The notes below the pieces were generated by a model. That model ran no database searches. It saw only the letters and a program-made list of their open reading frames with translations, and was not told the DNA's origin. DNA of 64,000 bases. Origin: the human T2T-CHM13v2.0 reference genome, Homo sapiens. The stretch lies in NCBI RefSeq assembly GCF_009914755.1, contig NC_060932.1; one strand, 5' to 3'. Positions 40,087-55,389 of the stretch are shown here, piece by piece (position 1 is the first letter of the stretch; every line of letters begins with the position of its first letter). A program made the translations under genes and the position numbers.

Positions 40087-40642
40087 TGTGGTAGGCAGAC
40101 TTCTAAGAGGACGCCTACTGATCTTCACCTCCTGGTATGCACTTCCTTGTAAAATCTCTCCCCCTTGAGTGTGATATGGATCTAGTGACTCACTTCTAAT
40201 GAACAGAATACAGCAAAAGTGATGGGTTGTCTCTTCAGAGATTAGATTACAAAAGGCTGTGAGTTCTGTCTCATATTCACTTGCTCTCTCTCTCTCTCTC
40301 TTTGATGAAGCAAGCCACCATGTGGTGAGCTGCCCTACTGAGAAGCTCACATAGCAAGGAGGGCAGCCTCCAGCCTGCAGCCACCGAGAAACTGAGGTCC
40401 ACAGGGACTGAACCCTGCCAATAACCTCTTGATGAGCTTGGAAGTCAATCCACCCCCAGTTAAGCTTGGAGATGACTGCAGGCCCAGCCATCACCTTGAC
40501 TACAGCCTCACGGCCAACCCAGAAGCAGAGAGCCCGGCTAAGTGATGGCCAGGTTCCTGACTCACAGAAACTATGAGATAATAAATGTGATTTGTTTTAA
40601 GTCACTAAGTTTTGGGGTAACTTATTACATCACAATAGATAA
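40087..40642 (+). mobile_element. MaLR LTR, MLT1F-like
   Basis: 'tgtggtaggcagacttctaaga' ... 'cacagaaactatgagataataaatgtg...caatagataa'. Confidence 0.88.
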
Positions 40643-40654
40643 AAATGTTCATTG

Positions 40655-40785
40655 TCATTTTCTAATATTATTTTCAAGACATTTCTATTATATTTTGTAG
40701 TATGTCTATTATTATTTTCTAATATTATTTTCTAGACATATTTTCCATAACTGTTTTCTAGACATATTTTCTAATTTATTTATTA
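40655..40785. repeat. Degenerate AT-rich tandem repeat (~26-bp unit)
   Basis: 'attttctaatattattttc(a/t)agacat' recurs. Confidence 0.65.
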
Positions 40786-41239
40786 GAAGAGACAATGAAG
40801 GGAGACACACTCAGAAAGATTAAGACCAAGAGAAGGTTGAAAGTCTTGCCGTTGGTATAATACATCTTGGCAGGGGTGAGCCTTTCCATGGACAGCTGGG
40901 TCTCTACAGAATGTTAGAGCAGAGACCCTGGAAAAACCCTCCACTCTTTGATGTGTTCGCTTATGTTGAAATTCTGCAATTAGTCTTTTCTGTACCTTAA
41001 AGTTCTTTCCTCTTATTAAATACACTACACTTGGAGTCAGACAACACAAAATCTCATCCCAGGTTCTTACTTCATTAACTGTGTGATTCTTAATAAGTCA
41101 TTTATGTATCCCTCAAACTATGTTTAAGGAACAAAAATATGAATTTTGGAAATTTACTTTTCTATGTCCATGTTTCATTTTAGAAGAGGAATAAATAACA
41201 CCTGACTTATAGAACTCATGGGACACTTTGAGGTAGTTA

Positions 41240-41674
<435 letters not shown>

Positions 41675-41868
41675 CTATGTTAAGTAAGATAGACTTTTAT
41701 AAGGCCTTTTCCTGGAAGTAGCTTTTAGGGAGGAAGTTGAAGTAGAAGAAAATCAGCCTTTCAGATGCACTGATTTAATCTTCCCTACAGCTCATAAGGC
41801 AGACACTCATTATTCCCCTTTTACTGATGTTGAAACCAAGGCTTAGAGACCTCAAGAAACTTGCTGTT

Positions 41869-41916
41869 AGTCACACAGCGATTAAGGGACTGAGTCACAC
41901 AGCGATTAAGGGACTG
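41869..41916. repeat. Perfect 24-bp tandem duplication inside a minus-strand MIR
   Basis: agtcacacagcgattaagggactg x2. Confidence 0.95.
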
Positions 41917-43102
41917 AGTCCAGAGTCAATGCACAGTAACCTGGAGGGCCAAGCCCTATTCTGTAAGATGCATTTTCTTGTACTCTCTGCTTCGCACCTT
42001 CCAGAAGAGCAATTTCTGGCCTTTCTCCTTCTTTGTTTCTATGTTCCCATCAAACATGCTGTGACACTTCACACAAACAGCCACGTACACAAATCAATTG
42101 CAATCAGCTGTATTTCTCTCCTGATGTTAAAAGACTCGTAAAGGAAAATGCACTTGTTTCAAACACCCTTTTCTGACACTAAATCAACTCTCCACCATTG
42201 GTGGAATTTCTGCACAAATTGAGCTGGGCCCTCATGAGACCAAGATTTACCAGTATAAATCCCAGGTTTGTAGGGGCTGTCTAGTTGCATTACTAGAAAG
42301 AGCTGATCTGGCGGCTGAGTTTTCTGTGCATGGGTTGGTTGCATCTTCTTGACTCCTAATTCAAGCCAGGACACTTGGCAACTCACTTTCTAGTAAGTGA
42401 TGTGGAGGCTGCCAGGGGTGGGTGTGGTCAGTGCCAAGAGCTGTCCTTACCCCATCACATCTCACCACTGCAACCCAAGGAAATGTCAATCAGAACTACT
42501 GTCTTCTGCAGAAACATCCAAGCTTCCTAATAATACATTGCACAGGAATCATGGTTCTCATGGGATACTCACCAAATCTGTTTCATCCATAGCGACTTTG
42601 CTTCTTTGATGCCTATCAGGCATGCTGACATCTACAGAAACTTCACAGGTTCCAGGGCTGCAGTTAACTCTGTGACCCTGAACACCCACAATTTCTCCTT
42701 GCCTTAGTTTCTCTTATTTAGATCTGCCCTCCGAATCAGCTTCCTTATTTATACAGTGAGAATATGAATATCTTCTGTACTTCATAGATATTAGAAGAGT
42801 TGAAGGGGTCTCCAGAAACACAAACCCTTTCCTTTTAACTATCCCAACAAGGTCATGGAACTTTTTCTTTTGTCTTTTTGCCTATCCTAACCAATCTTCC
42901 TAACACCAAGCCAGAAGGTTTTGTGGCAAAGGAGCACAGTCATGATCAGATTTGCATTTAAAACACAGGCTGCCAACTAATTTTATTTCCATATGAACAT
43001 AAACGAGTTGGTAGTAGATGTAATGCAATCAAAAAGAAGACACTCAACATGGTTTACATTTTGTTATGTACAGCAGTTTTATGCTTTATTTTAAAAATGA
43101 AG

Positions 43103-43761
<659 letters not shown>

Positions 43762-45039
43762 TCAAACACTGGCGCATATTCATGTTATTTATTTTAGCAC
43801 CTCCAGTTTCCAAAGAGAAACGACCACTACCTAGAAGACTTCTGGTTGACTGTGAAGTCTTGCAGGAGATATGCTTATGGCACCAGGCATTTTGGTGTGG
43901 GTCCCAGCAGGTGGGAGATGTGTGTCTGTAAAGTCGGCAGTGATTCAGGGTAGTGACGGTAGGACACCAGGCACTTGATTTGGCCTACAGGTGGTTCGGG
44001 AAGGTTTTTGTCCCCAAAGAGAAGTCTGAGAGAGACTTTCAAGGGTAAATGGGATAACCAGACAGAGAAGGTGAGAGCAAACATTTGAGGACAAGAAGCA
44101 AGCCTGAGCAGAGGGAAGGTTCTCGGAGTATTGGAAAGGGAAATAGACCCGGGTGGCTACAGCAGGGACTCGACTCTCTCTCACCAAGGCCACTGAAGGT
44201 TTCTCACGGGGGCAGCAAATGCTACGATGAGAGCTGCATTTAAAATGTGAGCTCAGGCTGTGATAGGGTATGTGTTTTGAGGGATATTCTGGAGCCCTCA
44301 GCTGGCCTCTAGGAGAGAATCAAGGGTGGGGAGCTGTTCCAAGGTCAAGTGCAGAGTGGGGATTGGCAGGATTCCTGAGAATCTTTAAGACAGAAACTTC
44401 ACTTATCACAGGCTAGACATTCACATTCTACCTTAATTGCAAGTGTCCCTAAGAACTAAATATTGACTGCACTTGCATCTCTGTTGCTTTGAAAATGCAA
44501 GATTTGTAAAACTCAATGACACACATGATTATTCAACCTATATTATCTGCTGACTACTCCAATGGAGACAGAGGAGTTTGGCTGAAGCAAACAACACCGG
44601 AATCAACAATGGGCATGTAAATAGATCCCTTGTTAATGAGTTTACTGATCTTCCCATACTTCTGACCTTATCTAGTTATCTAGATCTGCCCTCGTCCCTG
44701 AGAGTTCTGCAACACACCCAGAAATGGCTTAGAAAATTTGAAGGTGTAGTCAATCAACCAGTCGTTCTGTCCACGAACAAAACAAGAGACTGGATTGATT
44801 GGAATTGAATGATTTTCCTTTTCAATCTCTTTTGCTGTTTGACATGACATTGGGTAGTTAGATAATAAAATTATTCCTTTTATCATGCAAGAAATTATAA
44901 CAAAGAGCTGGTACTGTCTTGAAAAATGCTCTGTGAACGGTTATACACGAGGAACAGGGGCTCCCCTGGGAACCAGCACAGCTCTAGCACTAGGTGGGAG
45001 GGAGGCAGGCCAAGATTGAGGGCAAAATTGCAACTCATT

Positions 45040-45900
45040 GGCACAGCACATATTTTTCCAATATAAAAGCAAATGGAGAATCCGTGAATAAACTGACTAT
45101 ATAAAAGTGTCCCTTTATATTACCACCTTACCTTTCCAAAGGGAAAACTAGGGGGGAAAAAGGTTTCTTTCCACAGTACTCGTGTAAAAATATCGTTTCT
45201 TCTAGATAATTTTATAGTACCAACAGCAGCCCATATCTATTTAAAATACATACGCAGCCCCATAGCCAGACCCCCTTGCACAAATGATCCGGTAACCAGC
45301 ATCAGCCCGACTGCAGAAGCAGCTGCCACATAATTACAACTTCTCATCACACGTGTGGTGAAACAAGTTGTGGCGTTTGGGAAAGGTCTGCAAAAATAGG
45401 TGTCAGACCTTAACTAATAGTGATTGTCCTTCCATTCTACTGTAATTTACATTTAATTCACACATTTCATTTCCATTTAAAATATGATTACAGTGTTTTG
45501 AAGCACATCTCACCTGTCCCCTCGAATTATAGGGAAATGAAAATAACAGGGAACAGCAGGAACCAGGAAGACTGCGTAGCCCTTGGCCGCGGGATCACCT
45601 CCAGCACGCGCTGCCTCTCAGGGGTCAGAGGGAGAGCTGGAAAGAAGTGGGGGTGTTAGAGGAGAGGGGAGAGAGGCAGAATGGGGGAGAGAGAGTAAAA
45701 GGATGGGAGGGGTGGGAAAGGGGGACAGGGAGGGGAGAGGGGCTTGAGTGGCCCATTAAGGGGGCCCATTAAAGGTCTTCTGAACTCTCCATCCCGCTTG
45801 TTTTATGAATTCATTATTTTCTGGCAAAGTGCCCACCTTCTATTTTATTCATTTCAGGTTCATGACCTAATCCTAAATACACGCAACAGGAAGCAGGTGC
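45040..45900. promoter_or_regulatory. Candidate enhancer block including a G-rich tract
   Basis: Repeat-free; CTATTTAAAATA, TAATTA, CACGTG, tandem GGCCCATTAA, TTTTATGA; seven G-runs at 45705-45742. Confidence 0.3.
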
Positions 45901-46399
45901 CTGTTAACTCTGAGGTCTGGTTTTCTCTGCACTGGAGGCAGCAGAAAGAGGAGAGAGGAAAGCAAAAGCTTCAGTGGATTGACTTAGCGAGGCCAGACAG
46001 CCTACTGGATATGAACACCCTTCAAAACACACCCCGTCCCTACCTCCGTCCTGTACCCGGGGCTTTGCAGCTGTTGGCAGCAGGTGAAAACGTCAGAGGA
46101 GCAATTTATAGAACCAGATTCTTTAGGAATTCAGTGACCAAGCCCCTCCAGGTGTGGCAGAAGATGGGCTTGCCTTGTAATGAATTCCAGCCAATGGCAC
46201 CTGATTCACAGCAAGGTTCTTGTCCCTGCTCAGAGGCAAAGGCAAGGAGCCCTAGTTTATTCATGACAATACCCAAATGCTGTCCTAAAGCTCTTGGGAA
46301 AGGCAATGCACATTTCAATAGACTCAACAAACATTTATAGAGCACCTACTGTACCGTAAGTACAGCAAGCAAGGCAACAATTATTTCAAGTCTTCACTC

Positions 46400-47585
46400 T
46401 TCCCAAACTCCCTTACCCTACACTTCCCGCCTTAATGTACCTTTTATTTTCTAGAAAAAAAAATAGATGCCAGAAGTGGGAAACTTCTTGTGTTCCTATG
46501 ACTAAGCACACAAATCTACTTATGCCCCCACCCCATACCCCTTCCCTCTTCATACAGCAGAATCATCACCCATCCTCCCTGAAGCCAATCCTTGCATTTG
46601 GGCTTTGCATATCATATTCTTCCACCTTGTTGGGTTTTTATATTCATTCTGTTTATCCCTTTCTTTCTTGTATATTTAACTTCTCTCTGAATTGGATCAT
46701 TCCCAACGGCTTTCAAACATGCACCTGTCTCTCAGATTAAAAAGAGAAATGCCCTCAACTCCTCACCTCTATCCAGCTTTGAAGGAATCACTCTCCTGCC
46801 ATTCAGTGCAAACTTCTCAAAAGCATTATCTCTACTGTGGCAGAAGTGGCATGTTGCCCAACAAGTGCCATAGGCCTCTTCCTATTGTAGAAAGTTGGTG
46901 GCTGCCCAGGTAGAGATTATATTTACAACCTCCACTTGCATCTAAGTATGGCCTTGTAATTAGTTGCGCCAGTGAAAATGAGTAGGAATTGTGTGTCACT
47001 TCTAGGCAAAGGCTTTAAGAAGTAGCTTCCTCTAAACTTCTTCCCCTCTGATCTAATGGATCTGGACAACTGCAATGTTGAGGTCCCACTAGGAGATGAT
47101 GCAACCATAAAAGGCAGAGAGGCAGGTTCCCTGAATCACATCATGAAGGAACATTGTCCACTGACCAGGAACACCTGACTGCAACTATTAGGAAATCTAT
47201 ATGTTAGCTTCTATTTTGTGAAGACACTGAAATTTGGGTATTTATTTGTTGCAACAACTAGTATTTCTTTAACCAATAAACTTACCTACCAATCATTCCT
47301 CAGTCTGCTTCAATCTAGTTTCCAATTTGTTCCTAGGAAAAAGATCTCTATAAAACTATCAGTGGTTTCTGGGTTACTTAATTCAATGGATACTTTTTCA
47401 TCTGAATTTTACCTGATCCTTCAGCAGCATTCCACATAGTTGTACATTTCTCTCTTAACAAGCTTTCCTTCCTTGGTTTCCATGACACAAAACTCTTTCA
47501 AGTTTCCACCTTTCTGTCCAGTTGCTCCTTGGTCTCCTTCACAGGCTCAAGTTCTACTTCCTCATCTCAGAACTCTACCAACTTG
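46400..47585 (+). mobile_element. L2 body fragments split by MLT1 LTR
   Basis: Pyrimidine-rich L2 ORF2-like sequence 'ccttcagcagcattccaca', 'cttccttggtttccatgacac'. Confidence 0.65.
46836..47280 (+). mobile_element. MaLR LTR, MLT1I/J-like
   Basis: 'tgtggcaga...cttgcatctaagtatggcc...ggttccctgaatcac...cactgaaatttgggtatttatttgttgcaacaactag'. Confidence 0.75.
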
Positions 47586-50322
47586 AGTGCTGAGTTTATC
47601 CATGTTAAATTAACTGTAGCTGGACTTGCCCACCCATCATAAACAACTAGAAAACTGGGGACATTGCATTAAAAACTAACTTTAGGGTTTGAAAATAAGC
47701 ATCACAGACTGTGAGCTCTGAAAAAGGGAAACAAACAAGATAAGCCTACGGTCATCCCAATTTTTTGCCAGAAGGTACCTTCTGCTCTGCGTTAAAGAGA
47801 AAGAGAATATTAGCAAAGCACAGAGACTTCCATGAGTGGGTAATCATGAGAAATCAAAGTTGGAGAAGCCAAAGTGGCTTGAATTTAAAGTGTAGAACAT
47901 CAAAGAAGGAGCTACACAGAGAAAGGAGTCCCCTTGAGTCATTTGCTGAATACTAAGGTGAGGCTTCATGAGGCAGGCAAAGAATAACTATTAGAGTGCC
48001 GTGAGCTAAACAATTCCCAGAGATCACAAAGGGCTGGGATATGTTTAAGTTCTAATCAGCCAGACTGTCAGGGCCTTGTTAAGTTCTCAGGACACTCAGT
48101 AGAGTCTCCAAAAAGGTCACACCAAATAAGTATAAATACACTAGTCCTAGAGTAAAGGCTGCTCTAAACCCAACCTTATGAAGCTTAAAAACGAGCTTTA
48201 ATAAATTAAGCTGATCAGCAAGGAATTTAACTGCAAGCCAAAACAAACTTCACACTTTATAAATGAATACAACAGAATCTAGACACTTAGTATTATGTTC
48301 TAAATGTCCAGAATCCAGTCGAAAATTATTATACATGAGAAGAATATTCAGGAAAAAAAATAAGACCATAGAAATAACAGAGGTAATGGAAGAGAGGTAA
48401 TAACAGAGGTAATACAGAAATAACAGAGGTAATGGAACAAGCTAATAAAGATTTTTAAATATCTGTATAAATATGCACAAGGTTTTTAAGCAAAACACGA
48501 ACTCAATGAGGACAAAAGGAAATATTAAAAAGGAATAAAATATAGCTCATAGAGGTGAAAAATATGATACCATAGATAAAAATTTCACTGAAGATCAGAC
48601 AGAAGATAGGCATTGCTGAGAAAAGACAAGCAAACTTAAATATAGCAATAGAAACAATCCAAACTAACAGAGAGGGTAAAAGGCTGGGGAAAAAATTAAC
48701 AAATCCTCAAATAACTGATGTAAATATCAAACAGTCACTATGTAATTACAGTCCCAAAAGAATGTGGAGGGTAGAAAAAAGTTTTTAAAAATAATGATCA
48801 AATTTTCGAAATTTGATGAAAACTAACAAATCCAAGAGCTCAATGAACCCAAAGCAGGATAAACACAAAAGTGTATCATAATCTAATTGATAAATACCAG
48901 TGACAAATAAGCCATGTTAAAAGCAGCAGAATAAAAGGACATAGTATACACAGAGAGAAAACATAAAAATTACTGCATATTTCTCATTAGAAGCAATGCA
49001 AACCAAAAGACAATGGAAAAAGAACTTTTACATACTAAAAAAAAAAACTGTCAACCTAAAATTCTGTATCTAGGAAAACATATGATTCAAAAATAAAGAC
49101 AAAATAAAGACTACCAAACACGAAAGTTGACAGACTTATTGCTAGAACTATATAGCAAGATGTAGAAAGAGGATTTTTAGGCAGAAGTAAAATGAAAGCA
49201 GGTGAAAACTCAGATCTGCACAAAACATGGAAGAATACTGGAAAAGATAAATATGTTGGTGAATATGAAAGACGTACATAACCAACATAATTTTGAAAGA
49301 AAGTACATCACTATAGATCCCACAGACATTAGAAGGATAAGAAGAATATATTTTAATGACTTTATGTCAACAATTGGCAACCCAGATAAAATATTCAAAT
49401 TCATATAAATGTTCAAATAATTTCAAATTATTAACTAATAAGTTGAGTTAACAAAGTCACAGGATACGTCAATATATAAAACTCAATTGTATGTTTTATA
49501 GTAGCAAGAACAATTTGAAAGTAAAACTTTTAAAGTGCCATTTGCAATTGCGTAAAAATATAAAACATTTAGGAATAAATTTAATAAAATCCGTGTAAGT
49601 CCTATATGCTGAAATTTTTAAAATATGGCTAAAAAATTTTAAAGAAAACCTATATCAATATACAAATATATGATGTTCATGAACTGGGAAATTCAATGTT
49701 GTTAAAATGTCAGTATTTCTCCAAATTGACCTACAGATGCAAGACAATCCCAAACAAAATCCAATCAGGTTTTCTTGTAGAAATTGACAAGCTAATATTA
49801 AGATGTAAATGAAAATTCAAAGAACCTGGAATAACCAAAATGATTTAAAAATTTTGAAAAACTTACACTACCTGATGTCAAGACTTATTAATAGGAATCT
49901 ATAGGAACCTAAACAGTGTGACCTAAAATGCTGATATATTCATAGATCCATGATACAAAATAGAAAGTACAGAATAGACCCATTCATATATGGGTCTATT
50001 TTGACACAAATAGCATATAATTTAATGGGAAAAGGTCAGTTCTTTCAACAATGGAGCTAGTACAACTAAATATACATTTTTAAATGAACCTAAGCCTTTA
50101 CCTCACACCATTCACAAACATTAACTCAGCATGTGTCATTAACCTAAATATAAAAGCTGAAACTACAAAACTTCAGGGAGAAAGTCACAGATTTCTTAAT
50201 TCAATTTCATCAAAATTACAAACTTCTGTTCTTTGATGGGTACCCTATTAAAAAATAAAAAATGAAAAAACTAGCCACTGATTGACAGAAGGTTATAGAT
50301 ATATATGACAAAAGAATATTAT

Positions 50323-50803
50323 ATTTTTAGAAATTTAGTGACTCCTAAGTGTACAGTGTTTATAAAGTCTACAGTAGTGGATAGTTATGACCTAGGCCTT
50401 CACATTTACTCATTACCCACTCACTGACTCACCCAGAGCAACTTCCAGTCCTGCAAACTCCATTTGTGATAAGTGCCCTAGACAAGTGTTTTTTATCTTT
50501 TATCCTGTATTTTTATTGTACCTTTTCTAGGTTTAGAGATGTTTAAATACACAAAGGCTTACCATTATGTTGCAATTGCCTACAGCATTCAGGACAGTAC
50601 TGCTTTGTACTGGTTTGTAGCTTAGGAATTGTACTTGTTTGTAGCTTAGGAACAATAGGGTATACCATATAGCCTAGGTGTGTTAGTAGGCTATACCATC
50701 CAGGTCTGTGTAAGTACATTCCATGATGTTCACACAATGATGAAATTGCCTAATGATTCATTTTTCAGAACGCATCCCAGTGGTTAAGTGACATATGACT
50801 GTA
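50323..50803 (+). mobile_element. Tigger3 (MER7-type) fragment nested in L1
   Basis: 'cactcactgactcacccagagcaacttccagtcctgcaa', terminus 'gttaagtgacatatgactgta'; internal 24-bp duplication 50605-50652. Confidence 0.85.
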
Positions 50804-51491
50804 TATAGAACTTCTACAACTCCATAATAAGGAAGACAGAAGCCTCCATAAAATAATGGACTAACTGACACTTCATGGAGGACACAACATTATTAGTCAC
50901 CAAAGTAATACAAATTAAAATCACTACAAGATACAACTGCAAACCAGGTAGAAAGACTAAAATTAAAAAGATCGACAATCTCAAGTATTGGAAAGGATAT
51001 TTGAGAACTGGAGATTTTATAGTTTGCTGGCAAAGGTAGAAAATGATGCAACCACTTCAGCAAACTTTTGACAGTTTCTTGTCAGGTTTACATTGACCCT
51101 AGCACACAGAATTTTCAGTGCTATTATTTTACCCAAGACAAATGAAAACATGTCCACACAAAGGCTTGTACATGATATTCATAGCAATAAAGCATGGAAA
51201 AAATGCAAATGTTCATCACAGGTGAATGGTTTACACTATCTGTGGCATATCCACACAATGGAATACTAGTCAGCAATAAAAGGAATAAGCTTATGATACA
51301 GGCAACAGTTTAGATGAATCTAAAACACACATTTCTAAGTGAAAAAAGCCAGACACAAATGAGTCCATGCTGTATGATTCCACTTATATGAAGTCTAGAA
51401 TAAGCAAAGCTAATCTCCAATAACAGAAAGCAGATTGATGGCTACCTGGGGCTAGTGTGAGGGAAGGGCATCATTTGACTCCAAAGGGAGT

Positions 51492-51867
51492 TGTATTAGT
51501 CCATTCTCACACTGCTATAAAGACATACCTGAGATTGGGTAATTTTTACAAAAAAGAAGTTTAATTGGCTCATGGTTCTGCAGACTGTACAGGCTTCCGC
51601 CTCTTGGGAGGCCTCAGGAAACTTACAACCATGGTGGAAGGCAAAGGGGAAGCAAACACATCTTCACATGGCCATCAGGAGAGAAAGAAAGAGCAAAGGG
51701 GGAAGTGCTAAACACTTTTAAACAAGTGGCACTTGGGTGATGGTGCTAAACCGTTAGAAACCGCCCCCATGATCCAATCACCTCCCACCAGGACACTTCT
51801 CTGTCTAACACTGAGGATCACAACAGAACATGAGATTTGGACGTGGACACAGAACCAAACAATATCA
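51492..51867 (-). mobile_element. MaLR solo LTR, MSTA-like, nested in L1 3' end
   Basis: 'tgtattagtccattctcacactgctataaag' ... 'aaccaaacaatatca'. Confidence 0.88.
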
Positions 51868-52093
51868 GAGGTGCAAGAGAAATGTTGGGGATGATAGAGA
51901 AATTAGTTATCTTGATTGTGATGGTGGTGGTGGTTACATGGCAGTATATACATTTCAAATCTCCTCAAACTGTACGTTTAAAATGGGTACGTTTTATGGT
52001 ATGCAAATTATATTATGCCTCAGCAAAGTTGATTTCAAAATAAACATATGCAATTAACATTCAAAAATTTAAAAAGCTCTAAAGCTTTCTTAA

Positions 52094-52565
<472 letters not shown>

Positions 52566-53055
52566 CCAAATGCCAGATTTTTTTAAAACCTGGATTAATC
52601 ATAATCCTTGATTCATGATATACTCTCATTATGGGACAGGCATGGCCTGCTTTATTTAGTTAACTACTAACATTGTTTTTTGTTTTGCTTTGTTTTTATA
52701 ATGGCTTTTTTCTCACCTCACTGTTTCTTTCTAGGCAATCTTACCAACTTCTACAGTTTCAACAATGGAGACTTCCTTGAGCATCCTCAGATAATTCAGA
52801 TCCCACCTAAGTTACAGAGCCCTATGTCCAGCTGCCTACCTGGATGTCTCAAAATCACCTCCAACTCAACGGGTTCAAAACCAAACTCACTTTCTTCCCA
52901 GCCCTTCTCAGCAAATAGTCCACTATCCATCTACTTCCCAAATAAAATGTAAGCAGCCTCCTTGGCTCATCCCTCTCCTTCATTGTATTAGACCCAATAA
53001 TAACAATTTTACCTAACTGCTCTTTTAATTCATCTATTTCTCTCATCATCTCATC

Positions 53056-53268
53056 TTTTTTTTTTTGGTGGGGTGTGGACAGGATCTCATTCTGTTGCCC
53101 AGGCTGGAGTGCAGTGGCACAATCACAGCCTCGACCTCCTGGGCACAGGCGATCTTCCCACCTCAGCCTCCTGAGTAGCTGGGACTATAGGCACATGCCA
53201 CAACACCCAGCTAATTCTTATCTAGTTAGTTTTGTAGAGACGGAATTTCACTATGTTGCCGAGGCTGG
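53056..53268 (-). mobile_element. 5'-truncated AluJ
   Basis: Right arm and part of the left arm, ending 'ctatgttgccgaggctgg'. Confidence 0.88.
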
Positions 53269-53639
53269 CATCCAAGCTATCACTTCTCACCTAGAGTGTT
53301 GATATCACCTCCCAACCCCCCTTCCCCACATGCTGTCTTACCACCAACAATATAATAGCCACAGTGCAGCCAGAACAAGTCTTTTGAAATATAAATGTGA
53401 TCATGTCACATGAAGTGGGGATCACACACCCCACTTCAGCCCAAACTCCCTAACAGGACCTGTGGGATCCTACATGGCCTATACCTCACCTCCCCATGCA
53501 GTCCCATCTCACATCAAACACCCCACCTCTCTCTGCATCCCAGCTATGCAGCTTTCTTTCAGTCTGGAAAAACAATCCCCTCTCCAAATGCAAGACTTTT
53601 TTTCTAATCTCAGGGAAACAGAATCATACCAATCATAAT

Positions 53640-54695
53640 CTTTACTTAAAGACCCATCGTTGCCCATAGATGGCTTGGCTTATTTATGTTCGTGTGTTTA
53701 TTTGGGCAAATAATTTTAAATAACATAATAGGCACTCACAAGCCCATGACCAACACAAAAGCAAGGGTCTTGTCAATAATCTGCAGCTAATCATGTGGTC
53801 TCTTCACATCTCATCCTCCTGGTTATTAACCCAGGAAACCATCATCTTGACTTTTATGTTCATCATTCTCTTGTCTTACTGTTTGGTTTTATTGCATGCA
53901 TATGTATATATACACACATATATGTGTATATTGTATGTATTTATATATAATGTATGTATATATTCCTGTACATATTTTATATATATATATATATTCCTAA
54001 AAATAATTTAAGTTTTTTATGATTCTAAAATAATAGACCCTTATGGTGTGCATTATTTGGGGACTTGCTTTTCAATTTATTATATATTAAGATTTTAAGA
54101 ATTTAAAGTTTTAAGGTTCCATATATTATATAGTTGTATGTCACAGTGGTTCATCTATTTTGACTGAAATACAATATTTCCTTGTGTGGATACATCATAG
54201 TTTTTCTTAATCCACTTTCCTTTAGATCACCAATCATGTGGTTTCTTGGGTTTCTTTTTTCTATTATAAACTGTGCTGCTATGAACATTCTTGTACATGC
54301 CCCCTAGGTACACTCCTTGGGATGTATTCCAGGGTATTTCAGAGTTTGGCTTTAGGAAGAAATTCCCAGCTGAATGCCAAAGTAGTTCCATCAGTTTATA
54401 TTCTCACCAGCTACGTAGAAGAGATCCTGTGCTTCCATATTCTCTGCAACACTTGGTATTGTTAACCTTTTCATCACTGCCAACCAAATAGTGTCAGATG
54501 GTATCTCCCCTTCCCTGATTACTGACTGCATTGAATAAATCTATATATGTTTATTCACTGAGTATGCTTTCTTCCCTATGAAATGTCTTGTGTCTTTTTA
54601 TGAGGTTGTTTGTACTTTTCTAGTTGATTTTGTGAGAGTTCTCAATATACTCTTGACTCTAACCTGTTGTTATTTATGTCTATTATGAATATGTC
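53640..54695 (-). mobile_element. Old L1M 3' fragment containing a (TA/TG)n tract at ~53898-53993
   Basis: 'tattataaactgtgctgctatgaacattcttgtacatg', 'acacttggtattgt'. Confidence 0.75.
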
Positions 54696-55389
54696 CCCAA
54701 GCCCCAGGCCTTTGCATAGCTGCCTGACCCGACTGGGACACTCTTCCCTCTCTGCTTCATCTAGCAAACAACTGTGCAGCCTCACATCTCACCTCTATGG
54801 TCATTTCCTCAGGGAAGACTTCTCTGACTTCCTTGATGTGATCAAGTCCTAGTTTGTGCTCCCATAGGACCAAGTAGCACTCCTTCTTAGCATTTCTATG
54901 GCTCTAATATTTACACATATGTGTGCAATTTTTTAATGTACACTTCACAAGGGCAAGGCTGCATCCATTTTTGCTTACAGTTTATCTATTGGGACTGCCA
55001 TGTAATAGGTCCTCAATAAATGTGTTTAGATGAATGAATAAATGCCACATTTGCATGTGTGTTTTCCCACAACTGCTCCAAATGCAAACCCTTACCGTCT
55101 CCCCCTTCATCTTTCATTCAACAGCTTTTATTCACCTCTCTTCTTGCTTCTTTCCATCTTCCTTATTTTCTATAAGCATTACCAGACCCAAGGAAGGAAC
55201 TTAGCATCCATGTGCCTGTTTGATTCATTTTTCATTCCATGGGAGGAAGAAGTAAGGTAAAAAGGGAACAGTTCTGAAAGGCACACCAGAGGGTGGGTAA
55301 CAATGACTCTCCCACCCAGTCACCAGCTTACAGGGATACTAGGATTCTGTATCTTATTAACTCGTGGCAAGAAGGCCATTGATGTGTTG

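Larger units (their letters stand above)
47600..52050 (+). mobile_element. Old L1M (L1ME/L1MD-class) with 5' region, ORF1 remnant, deleted ORF2 and 3' end
   Basis: A-rich + strand; peptide ITIDPTDIRRIRRIYF in ORF 49202-49408 resembles L1 ORF2 ITTDPTEIQTTIREYY; 3' end 'aactgtacgtttaaaatggg...aaagttgatt'. Confidence 0.88.
52700..55042 (+). mobile_element. L2 3' half in pieces (~52700-53050, 53270-53590, 54695-55042)
   Basis: 'cctggatgtctcaaaatcacctccaactcaac', 'gcagccagaacaagtcttttgaaatataaatgtgatcatgtcac', terminus 'ctcaataaatgtgtttagatgaatgaat'. Confidence 0.75.

Noticed and set aside
45744-46340. 198-aa ORF in unique sequence
   Set aside because: Starts at TTG, no recognisable homology or exon structure; cannot be supported without a search.
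49202-49408. L1 ORF2-like peptide as a functional CDS
   Set aside because: Short remnant in a heavily deleted, stop-ridden old L1.
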